Below, piece by piece: positions 49,408 to 56,221 of a DNA stretch of 64,000 nt (the first letter of the stretch is position 1; each line of letters starts with the position of its first letter). Origin of the DNA: Candidatus Moranbacteria bacterium GW2011_GWE2_35_2-. Its GTDB lineage: Bacteria > Patescibacteriota > Minisyncoccia > Moranbacterales > UBA9337. The notes under the pieces are model-generated. The model was not told the origin of the DNA, did no database searches, and was given only the letters and a program-made list of their open reading frames with translations. The position numbers and the translations under genes were made by a program. Location: assembly GCA_000990585.1 (NCBI GenBank), contig LBQD01000002.1, positions 184,016 to 248,015 on the forward strand, in the 5' to 3' direction.

Positions 49408-49854
49408 ATGAAAAAAATAAAACCAGGATATGATTATATTGGAGTAGGCGGGGGAGTTTTTATTTTTAATAAAAAGAAAGAGGTCCTTTTGATGAAAAGA
49501 GCAGGGAAGGTGAGAAATGAATCTGGCTGGTGGTCAAAACCGGGAGGAAAGGTGAGTTATGGCGAGAAGACTATGAATGCTATGAAAAGAGAGATCAAAG
49601 AAGAGCTCGGAGTAGAAATTGATATCTGGGGTCTTCTTCCGCACACGGATCATATTATCAAAAAAGAAAATCAGCATTGGGTGGCTATAAATTATTTGGC
49701 TGACATTAAATCAGGAGAGCCAAGAATAATGGAACCGCATAAATGTGAGGAAATTGGCTGGTTTAAAATAAACAAGATTCCGTCAAAGACAACTCAAACA
49801 ACCAAAGAACCGGCAAAGTATTTTTTGGAGAAAAAATTTATTAAATTAAAGTAG
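49408..49854 (+). CDS. NUDIX hydrolase
   Basis: Nudix box GGKVSYGEKTMNAMKREIKEELGV; ATG 49408 with GAGGA RBS (track start TTG). Confidence 0.75.
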   Translation: MKKIKPGYDYIGVGGGVFIFNKKKEVLLMKRAGKVRNESGWWSKPGGKVSYGEKTMNAMKREIKEELGVEIDIWGLLPHTDHIIKKENQHWVAINYLADIKSGEPRIMEPHKCEEIGWFKINKIPSKTTQTTKEPAKYFLEKKFIKLK

Positions 49855-49855
49855 T

Positions 49856-50179
49856 ATGGAAAAATATTACGAAGCAATAAAAAAGTTTCATGAAAAATTT
49901 GAGATGAAAGGAACGAACAATGAGGATATGAATTTTCGGCTTAATCTTTTAATTGAAGAGTTGGGGGAGTTGGCGCAAGCGGTTACCAAAGGGAAATCGC
50001 GGGAGGAAATTATGGAGGAGAATATTGACTTGCTCAATTTGATTATCGGAAATTTTGTGAGTATAGGAGCTTCTTTGGATGAGATAGATTCGGCATTTTG
50101 GAAAAAGCATGATAAGATAATGAACCGGAAGAAAAAGAGAATAGAGGGAGGGAATTATCGAGTAAGTGAATTTAAGTAG
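49856..50179 (+). CDS. MazG-like nucleotide pyrophosphohydrolase domain protein
   Basis: LLIEELGELAQAV EExxE-type motif in 107 aa all-helical protein. Confidence 0.5.
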   Translation: MEKYYEAIKKFHEKFEMKGTNNEDMNFRLNLLIEELGELAQAVTKGKSREEIMEENIDLLNLIIGNFVSIGASLDEIDSAFWKKHDKIMNRKKKRIEGGNYRVSEFK

Positions 50180-50255
50180 AAGTTTAATTATCAAAATTAT
50201 TAATGATCAATTATTAATTAATGTTCAATGAAATAATTTTCAAAAATATTAAAAA

Positions 50256-50304
50256 ATTGAAAATTATAAATTGATTGTAAATTGAAAATTGTGAATTGAA
50301 ATTT
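50256..50304 (+). repeat. intergenic heptamer array (AAATTGA)n upstream of mreB, reverse complement of the TCAATTT array in ileS
   Basis: aaaattgaaaattataaattgattgtaaattgaaaattgtgaattgaaa. Confidence 0.7.
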
Positions 50305-50313
50305 TTTTCAGAT

Positions 50314-51321
50314 ATGTTTTTACGAAAAATTGGAATTGATTTAGGAACAGCGAATATTTTGATTTTTATTCCTGGTAAGGGGGTGGTAATCAATGAACCG
50401 TCGGTAGTGGCGGTTTCTTTGGCTGAGAACAGGGTTTTGGCGGTGGGTAATGAAGCTAAAGAAATGCTCGGACGTACTCCGGATACGATTATTGCCAGTC
50501 GTCCACTCAAAGATGGGGCGATCGCGGATTATCGTATTACTGAAGCTATGCTTAAATATTTTATCAATAAAGTAAGTGGAAAATTTCGCTTGTTTCGTCC
50601 GGAGGTGATGATTTCTGTTCCGGCAGGGATTACTTCAACGGAAAAAAGAGCGGTGATTGATGCGGCGGTTAAAGCGGGTGCCAAGGCGGCCTATGTTCTC
50701 AAAGAGCCGATTTTGGCGGCAATTGGGGCGGGAATTCCAATCAATAACGCACAAGGGAATATGATAATCGATATTGGTGGCGGAACATCAGAAGTGGCGG
50801 TAATTTCTTTGGGTGGAGTGGTGGCGGCTCATAGCGCGCGTGTTGGAGGAAATAGATTTGATCAAGCGATTGCTGACTATATCAAACGCAAGCACGGATT
50901 GGCAATCGGAGACCGCACGGCGGAGGATATTAAAATTCAAATTGGCAGTGCTATTGCGCAAGTTAAGGAAGAATATGCAGAAGTAAAAGGGAGGGATTTG
51001 ACTGGTGGACTCCCCAAGATAATTAAAGTTTCTTCCAATGAAATTACCGAAGCATTGCAAGATGAACTTCGCGAGGTGATTAATGCGATTAAAAAAGTCC
51101 TGCAAGAAACTCCCCCGGAATTGGCGGCGGATATTATGGATAAAGGGATGGTTCTTTCAGGAGGAGGAGCGCTATTGCGCAATCTTGATCAACTTATTAC
51201 GAAAACTATTAACGTTCCTTGTTATGTAGCGGATGATGCGCTCCTTTGTGTGGTAAAAGGAACCGGAAAAGCCTTGGAAAATTTAGATTTGTATAAAAAG
51301 ACCTTATTGATGAGCAAATGA
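50314..51321 (+). CDS. mreB: rod shape-determining protein MreB
   Basis: IGIDLGTANI, NEPSVVA, actin-fold phosphate/adenosine motifs; ATG 50314 (track start TTG). Confidence 0.9.
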   Translation: MFLRKIGIDLGTANILIFIPGKGVVINEPSVVAVSLAENRVLAVGNEAKEMLGRTPDTIIASRPLKDGAIADYRITEAMLKYFINKVSGKFRLFRPEVMISVPAGITSTEKRAVIDAAVKAGAKAAYVLKEPILAAIGAGIPINNAQGNMIIDIGGGTSEVAVISLGGVVAAHSARVGGNRFDQAIADYIKRKHGLAIGDRTAEDIKIQIGSAIAQVKEEYAEVKGRDLTGGLPKIIKVSSNEITEALQDELREVINAIKKVLQETPPELAADIMDKGMVLSGGGALLRNLDQLITKTINVPCYVADDALLCVVKGTGKALENLDLYKKTLLMSK

Positions 51322-52463
51322 AAATAGGTATTGATGGTTCGCGGGCGTTTTTGAAAAATCGCACGGGAATCGAAGAATATTCTTATCAAGTTATCAAACA
51401 CCTGAGGGACAAATTAGAAAGTCATCAGGTGATTTTGTATTTGAGGAAGAATCAAGAATTGAGAATCAAGAATCAGGGCTTTGAATTGCCGGAAAATTGG
51501 AAAGTGAAAGTGATAAGTTTTCCAAGGTTTTGGACTCAGATCGGATTGTCCTTGGAAATGCTTTTGCGTCCGATAGATGTGCTTTTTGTGCCGGCGCACA
51601 CAGTGCCGATCATTCATCCCAGAAAAACAATCGTGACAATTCATGGATTGGAATACGAATTTTGTCCCAAAGCTTATTCATTTTGGGAAAAAATTTATAT
51701 GCGCTGTTCGATAAAATTTTCTTGCAAGTGGGCGAGTAGGATTATTTCTGTTTCGGAAAATACCAGGAAAGATTTGATGAGATTGTATAATGCGCCGGAA
51801 AATAAGATTGAAGTTATTTATGAGGGATACAATTTTAATTTCCAATTTCCAATTTCCAATTTTCAATCAATTTCCAATGATAAAATTTTAAATTCAAAAA
51901 ATAAGTATCTACTGTTTATTGGCAGGCTGGAAAAACGGAAGAATACTCTGGGAATCATTAAGGCATTTGAAATTTTAAAAGAAAAATATCAAATTCCGCA
52001 CAAACTGATTTTGGCGGGAAAAGGCGGGTATGGAGAAGAGGAAATTAAAGATAAAATTGAAAAATCAAAATATAAAGAGGATATTATTTTACCGGGTTTT
52101 ATTGCCGAAGAAGAAAAATGGGAATTATTGAAAAATGCAGATGTTTTTTTGTTTCCGACTTTTTATGAGGGTTTTGGAATTCCGATTTTAGAAGCGCAAA
52201 GCGTCGGCACTCCTGTGGTGGCTGGAAACAATTCCTCAATTCCGGAAGTGGTGTCAGTAAAACAGGGAAGTATTGAATTGTCAGATCAAAAGTCAGCTTT
52301 GCTTGTGGATGTTAATAGCGCGGAAGAAATCGCCGAAGCAACTTATGAGCTTATTAACGATAATGATTTGAGAGAAAAAATAATTAAAATGGGATTGGAA
52401 AACGTCAAAAGATTTTCTTGGGAAAAATGCGCATCTTCTATTACTAAATTATTGAATAAATAG
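51318..52463 (+). CDS. glycosyltransferase family 4 (GT-B)
   Basis: C-terminal EGFGIPILEAQSVGTPVV EX7E region. Confidence 0.8.
   Translation: MKIGIDGSRAFLKNRTGIEEYSYQVIKHLRDKLESHQVILYLRKNQELRIKNQGFELPENWKVKVISFPRFWTQIGLSLEMLLRPIDVLFVPAHTVPIIHPRKTIVTIHGLEYEFCPKAYSFWEKIYMRCSIKFSCKWASRIISVSENTRKDLMRLYNAPENKIEVIYEGYNFNFQFPISNFQSISNDKILNSKNKYLLFIGRLEKRKNTLGIIKAFEILKEKYQIPHKLILAGKGGYGEEEIKDKIEKSKYKEDIILPGFIAEEEKWELLKNADVFLFPTFYEGFGIPILEAQSVGTPVVAGNNSSIPEVVSVKQGSIELSDQKSALLVDVNSAEEIAEATYELINDNDLREKIIKMGLENVKRFSWEKCASSITKLLNK
51447..51474 (+). repeat. heptanucleotide tandem array (AAGAATC)x4 inside glycosyltransferase gene
   Basis: aagaatcaagaattgagaatcaagaatcagg, in frame (KNQELRIKNQG). Confidence 0.8.
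51837..51880 (+). repeat. heptanucleotide tandem array (AATTTCC)x3-4 inside glycosyltransferase gene
   Basis: aatttccaatttccaatttccaattttcaatcaatttccaat, in frame (NFQFPISNFQSISN). Confidence 0.8.
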
Positions 52464-52536
52464 ATTGTTTGAAAGCTTTTTTTAGTGTTTTGGCGTAAGC
52501 AATAAATAAAAGATTTAATCGGGGCAAATTTTATTT

Positions 52537-53295
52537 TTATTTTACATTAATATATTTGCAAGAAAAATCCTTATCTCCTCCGGTAAGTCCAGCGGTAATG
52601 TGTCCTGGCGTAAAATTTCTTCCCTTGGAAGAGTGATATAAATAATATTTTTCTAATTGCTGTGCTGTTAGGTTTTTTTGTTTCAATATTTGAATAGCTT
52701 TTAATTCACCCGTTGCTCCTGGACCAAATTTTTCATCCAAACAATTATAAATAGCAACCAGTTGATTTTCAAAATTTTCATTGGCTGGCGAGGGGCTAGC
52801 TATAATTTTATCTACGATACCTGAATAAACTTTCAAAACATCTTGGGTGTCACTTTCGGTTTTTATATCTTTCTTGACTTTTGTTTGGCATAAACTCATA
52901 TCCTTATCATTGCAAATAGAGCCTCCGGTCACAAATCCCGCACCATGAAAATTAGAACAATTAAAACCACATTCATCTTCTTTACAACTCGGCTCTGCTC
53001 TTAATTCGAGGCAAAGTTTTTGATTTTCCTCTTTAATTTGTTTGGAATCTATAGAATTTGCCCAACCAAAAATTATCCACCCCACTAAACATCCAAGCAA
53101 AAATATATTTTTTTTGAAAGCAAGTAACCCAAAAACTATAGCTAACAAATAGCCGAAAATAGCGAATTGAAAATAATGATTATAAAACAGTGCTGGAATG
53201 GTAGAGGCTGCACCAAGTAAAAAAATAAAACCAAGCAATGCGACTGCTACTAAGTTTATAATTTTTAAAAATCCGATGATTTTGTCTTTATTCAT
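52537..53295 (-). CDS. membrane protein with Cys-rich extracytoplasmic domain, hypothetical
   Basis: 4 N-terminal TM helices then Cys-rich ~150 aa domain. Confidence 0.35.
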   Translation of the reverse strand: MNKDKIIGFLKIINLVAVALLGFIFLLGAASTIPALFYNHYFQFAIFGYLLAIVFGLLAFKKNIFLLGCLVGWIIFGWANSIDSKQIKEENQKLCLELRAEPSCKEDECGFNCSNFHGAGFVTGGSICNDKDMSLCQTKVKKDIKTESDTQDVLKVYSGIVDKIIASPSPANENFENQLVAIYNCLDEKFGPGATGELKAIQILKQKNLTAQQLEKYYLYHSSKGRNFTPGHITAGLTGGDKDFSCKYINVK

Positions 53296-53365
53296 GTATT
53301 TAAAATAAAAAAATAAAATTTGCCTCGATTAAATGCCCGATAGGGTCGAAAAGAATTTTTTAATA

Positions 53366-53540
53366 TTTCGCCTAACGTATCGGAGTATGCGAAGTTCGCT
53401 TTTTGGGTTTATTGATTATTATTTGAATTATCTGGTTACTATTTTAGATGATTTTTGCTTAAATTACCACCAAACAGAGAAAAGCGAATTTGGGAAAAAT
53501 TCGAGCCGAGCCTTTTTCCGCATACTCGGTGTTAGGCGAG
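53366..53540 (+). repeat. attC-like structured repeat R1
   Basis: left CGCCTAACGTATCGGAGTATGCGAAGTTCGC, right GCGAATTTGGG...CCGCATACTCGGTGTTAGGCGAG; inner stems pair within the copy. Confidence 0.7.
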
Positions 53541-53618
53541 GGTGAGCGGAACGGAGTGGAGCGAAAGCGCAGCGTCCCAGTAGCGTTTTCTTTTAAATTA
53601 TTTTTTGCGGTCGCGGGC

Positions 53619-53647
53619 TTGACAGATTATTCCTTATCTGCTATACT
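53619..53647 (+). promoter_or_regulatory. consensus-like sigma-70 promoter P1 inside cassette W
   Basis: TTGACA -17- TGcTATACT; near-identical module to P2 at 54648. Confidence 0.55.
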
Positions 53648-53742
53648 AAACGGTCAATAGTTGAGAAATCGTTTTTTAACTCAAAAGAGTGGTTTCTTGC
53701 TATTGCGAGGACTTACTCTATTTGGAGGAGGGAGGAGAAAAA

Positions 53743-53892
53743 ATGAAGAAAACAATAAAGATTTTGGCCGCAATAAATGCTGTATTAACTGTAGTAAATG
53801 CCGCAGTTAATATAAAGCCACTTACTGTGGCAGCTGCGGTGTTTTTCATTTTAATCACAATCATCATTTTTTCGATACCATCGAAGAAGTGA
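53743..53892 (+). CDS. small hydrophobic peptide (49 aa)
   Basis: GGAGGAGGGAGGAG RBS, ATG 53743, single TM peptide MKKTIKILAAINAVLTVVNAAV...; strong terminator follows. Confidence 0.35.
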   Translation: MKKTIKILAAINAVLTVVNAAVNIKPLTVAAAVFFILITIIIFSIPSKK

Positions 53893-53911
53893 TGATCCAC
53901 AGTTCCAATTC

Positions 53912-53945
53912 AAGGCGTTAGCTGTACAGCTAACGCCTTTTTTTC
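53912..53945 (+). terminator. rho-independent terminator
   Basis: AGGCGTTAGCTG-ta-CAGCTAACGCCT 12-bp perfect stem followed by TTTTTTT. Confidence 0.7.
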
Positions 53946-53972
53946 ATGAGCAAAAAATAATTTGAAAGAAAA

Positions 53973-54060
53973 TGTCGCCTAACGTTTACGCATCATCTGA
54001 AGTGCGAAGCATTTGAGTGAAGCGTAGCGAAACCGGATATGGGCTGTTGGGCGATGTAAG
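53973..54060 (+). repeat. attC-like repeat R2 (short, degenerate)
   Basis: left TGTCGCCTAACGTTTACGCATCATCTGAAG, right CTGTTGGGCGATGTAAGG. Confidence 0.55.
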
Positions 54061-54070
54061 GTTTGGCAAT

Positions 54071-54334
54071 TTATTTTTGTTTATTAAAATTTTTAACTGG
54101 AAAAAATAGTATCAAGCAGAAAGCTACCAAGCTATCAATATACGGAATTAACGGACAAATATTTTTTGAATAATAAATTTTTTTTTCACAATCTAAATCG
54201 CCGACTACACATGCGAGTTTCAATGTGCAATTACTTCCATATAAAAATTTATCGAAAATAACAAAAACCAGGACGGCGATAATTAAAGCGATGATAAATT
54301 TAATTTTAGTTGGTTTAAAAATTTTAATAAACAT
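54071..54334 (-). CDS. small membrane protein, hypothetical (cassette gene)
   Basis: 87 aa, two TM helices, Cys-containing loop; sits between R2 and R3. Confidence 0.3.
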   Translation of the reverse strand: MFIKIFKPTKIKFIIALIIAVLVFVIFDKFLYGSNCTLKLACVVGDLDCEKKIYYSKNICPLIPYIDSLVAFCLILFFPVKNFNKQK

Positions 54335-54373
54335 ATTTTTTTTTACTTATTAAAAATAAATTGCCAGACCTTA

Positions 54374-54594
54374 TTTCGCCTAACGTTTAAGAATATCTGA
54401 AGTCCTGCACTTTGGTTTTTATACACAAAACCTTGATATTCCTACTTTATTTGTTAATCTCATTATACTCTAATTTACAGCAAAACGGAAAAGTGCAGGA
54501 TTTGGGAGAGAAAAATTTGCCCTCCTTTTAGTTTTAACTGTGGCAAATTTTTTGAACCAGATATTCTTTGTTATCGGATGTAGCAAAAAACAAA
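54374..54594 (+). repeat. attC-like structured repeat R3
   Basis: TTTCGCCTAACGTTTAAGAATATCTGAAGTCCTGCAC...GTGCAGGATTTGGGAGAGAAAAATTTGCCCTCC...GGCAAATTTTTTGAACCAGATATTCTTTGTTATCGGATGTAGC. Confidence 0.75.
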
Positions 54595-54647
54595 CATTCC
54601 TTATTGTATTTATTTTTTTTCAAGCCCTTTTAAAATTTTTTGTGGTC

Positions 54648-54676
54648 TTGACAGGCTGGCTTTTTTCTGCTATACT
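54648..54676 (+). promoter_or_regulatory. consensus-like sigma-70 promoter P2 inside cassette X
   Basis: TTGACA -17- TGcTATACT, then AAAAGGAGG RBS before ATG 54736. Confidence 0.55.
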
Positions 54677-54735
54677 AACTTGATACTAATTTTGGTGTCT
54701 GTACATTACAAAACTCGAGAAAAAGGAGGTTTACA

Positions 54736-55296
54736 ATGGAACTCAAGAGTATATTGTCGGTAATTTCTGGCGTGTTGTTCGTTGCGGGATTCGTTCCCTA
54801 CATTATCGCAATACTGCGTGGTGAAACGAAGCCTGCAAAGGCCTCGTGGATAATCTGGGCAAGCCTTGACTATATTGTCTTGGCTGGCATGATTGCTGAA
54901 AAAACAGTCAACGGACAAATCCTTGGGGCTGTAATCGGAGCAACAATCGTCATCGGTCTGGCCATGAAATACGGAGCTTCGGGTTGGACAAGAACGGATA
55001 AATTTTGTCTCATCGGTGCAATGCTTGGCATTTCATTATGGATGATTTTTAAAAATCCAACCTTCGGCATCATGACAAGCTGCATTGTCGCATTTATCGG
55101 TTCTTTTCCCACGTTTATATCTGCGTGGAAAGACCCCAGTAAAGAAAACAGGCTTGCGTGGACTATTTTCTGGATTTCCTGCGTTTGCGCAATGATAGCC
55201 ATTCCGCGCATGACCTTTGCTGATGCAGCACAGCCCACAACCTTTTTTCTAATTGAAAGCGTCATGATGTATATTTTGTACTTTCGCGCTCGCTAA
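54736..55296 (+). CDS. polytopic membrane protein, hypothetical, GC-rich (foreign-looking)
   Basis: 186 aa, ~6 TM; strong promoter and RBS; GC ~48%. Confidence 0.5.
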   Translation: MELKSILSVISGVLFVAGFVPYIIAILRGETKPAKASWIIWASLDYIVLAGMIAEKTVNGQILGAVIGATIVIGLAMKYGASGWTRTDKFCLIGAMLGISLWMIFKNPTFGIMTSCIVAFIGSFPTFISAWKDPSKENRLAWTIFWISCVCAMIAIPRMTFADAAQPTTFFLIESVMMYILYFRAR

Positions 55297-55411
55297 ACTC
55301 GCAAGCGACATTATTGTAAGGTCATCAGTTGGATACTGGTGGCCTTTTTCTTTTTCTAAAATTTTAAAAGGGCTTGAAAAAAAATATTAATAAAAGGTTT
55401 GTTTTTTGCTA

Positions 55412-55440
55412 TTTCCGATAACGTAAGTGATATCTGAAGT
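55412..55440 (+). repeat. attC-like repeat R4, left arm (interrupted by cassette Y)
   Basis: TTTCCGATAACGTAAGTGATATCTGAAGT pairs with right arm at 55877. Confidence 0.55.
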
Positions 55441-55495
55441 TTTTATTTTCTTTCCTTATTATTTTTAAAAAAGGGAAAATAAAAATTTGGGTGGA

Positions 55496-55874
55496 GTGAA
55501 AGAAAAATATTATTTAATATCGATTAGAACAGCATCAACTTCTTCATCAGAAACAAACGCTCTGGTAACTTGCTCACATTGAATTTCATCAAAAATTTTC
55601 ACCACCACATATGTTCCAATGGTTTTTCCTTCGCCTAAAGTATATTTGGTTATGACACATCTGCCATAAGCATTCCAGTTTTCATCTCGCAGATCCATTG
55701 GAACTTTGATTTGATAAAGCCTGTGCCCGTTTTTACTAAAATTATACTTTTTGCCAATCTCGAGCGGATTAGGAATATCCTTTTTGTCCATTCTGAGACA
55801 GGCTTGCAATTCAAATGGGTTGCCCATAAATTTTTTGATATTAACGGAGATATTAAATAATATTTTTCTTTCAC
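55496..55874 (+). mobile_element. TIR-bounded mini-cassette Y carrying a 105-aa gene, inserted inside repeat R4
   Basis: 26-bp TIRs GTGAAAGAAAAATATTATTTAATATC / GAGATATTAAATAATATTTTTCTTTCAC; left TIR overlaps stop codon of the gene. Confidence 0.55.
55510..55827 (-). CDS. hypothetical protein (cassette gene)
   Basis: 105 aa soluble protein, no motif recognised. Confidence 0.4.
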   Translation of the reverse strand: MGNPFELQACLRMDKKDIPNPLEIGKKYNFSKNGHRLYQIKVPMDLRDENWNAYGRCVITKYTLGEGKTIGTYVVVKIFDEIQCEQVTRAFVSDEEVDAVLIDIK

Positions 55875-55876
55875 GT

Positions 55877-55907
55877 AACCAGATATTACTTGTTATCGGA
55901 TGTGGCG
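55877..55907 (+). repeat. attC-like repeat R4, right arm
   Basis: AACCAGATATTACTTGTTATCGGATGTGGCG. Confidence 0.55.
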
Positions 55908-55922
55908 AATACTTGGAGCTAT

Positions 55923-56042
55923 TTCCGATAACGTTTCAGTATATCTGATGTTTGCCAAAATTCCTTTAAAAATCAATAAGTTTTTGGCAAATATGGGTCG
56001 AGCGAGGGCACGAGCGAGCCAGATATACTGTGTTGTGCGAGG
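55923..56042 (+). repeat. attC-like repeat R4b (short complete copy)
   Basis: TTTCCGATAACGTTTCAGTATATCTGATG...TTTGCCAAAA/TTTTGGCAAA...AGCCAGATATACTGTGTTGTGCGAGG. Confidence 0.65.
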
Positions 56043-56175
56043 GTTATTTTCTGGAGTGATAACGGAAGAAAATCAAGTGCAACGACCCCGAAGCGTATTT
56101 TTCAATATTTTTTCATTCCTTATTATTTTGTTGAAGAATTTTATCATTATTTGGAATTTTTATTTTTTCGTTTTT

Positions 56176-56212
56176 CTTTTTCCAAGAGGGGTTAGGGGTG
56201 AATTGGAAAAAG
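56176..56212. repeat. hairpin with G-rich loop GAGGGGTTAGGGGTGAA (half copy of the ileS GC-rich element), at 3' end of IIG gene
   Basis: 10-bp stem CTTTTTCCAA/TTGGAAAAAG around loop. Confidence 0.5.
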
Positions 56213-56221
56213 AAAAACACC

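Larger units (their letters stand above)
53586..53972 (+). mobile_element. TIR-bounded mini-cassette W (promoter + small peptide gene + terminator)
   Basis: 21-bp TIRs TTTTCTTTTAAATTATTTTTT / AAAAAATAATTTGAAAGAAAA. Confidence 0.55.
54619..55378 (+). mobile_element. TIR-bounded mini-cassette X (promoter + GC-rich membrane protein gene)
   Basis: perfect 21-bp TIRs TTCAAGCCCTTTTAAAATTTT / AAAATTTTAAAAGGGCTTGAA; interior GC higher than background. Confidence 0.6.

Noticed and set aside
50214-50510. ORF 50214-50510 (-) across the mreB upstream region
   Set aside because: It runs through an AT-rich heptamer repeat and overlaps the mreB 5' end, so it has low coding plausibility.
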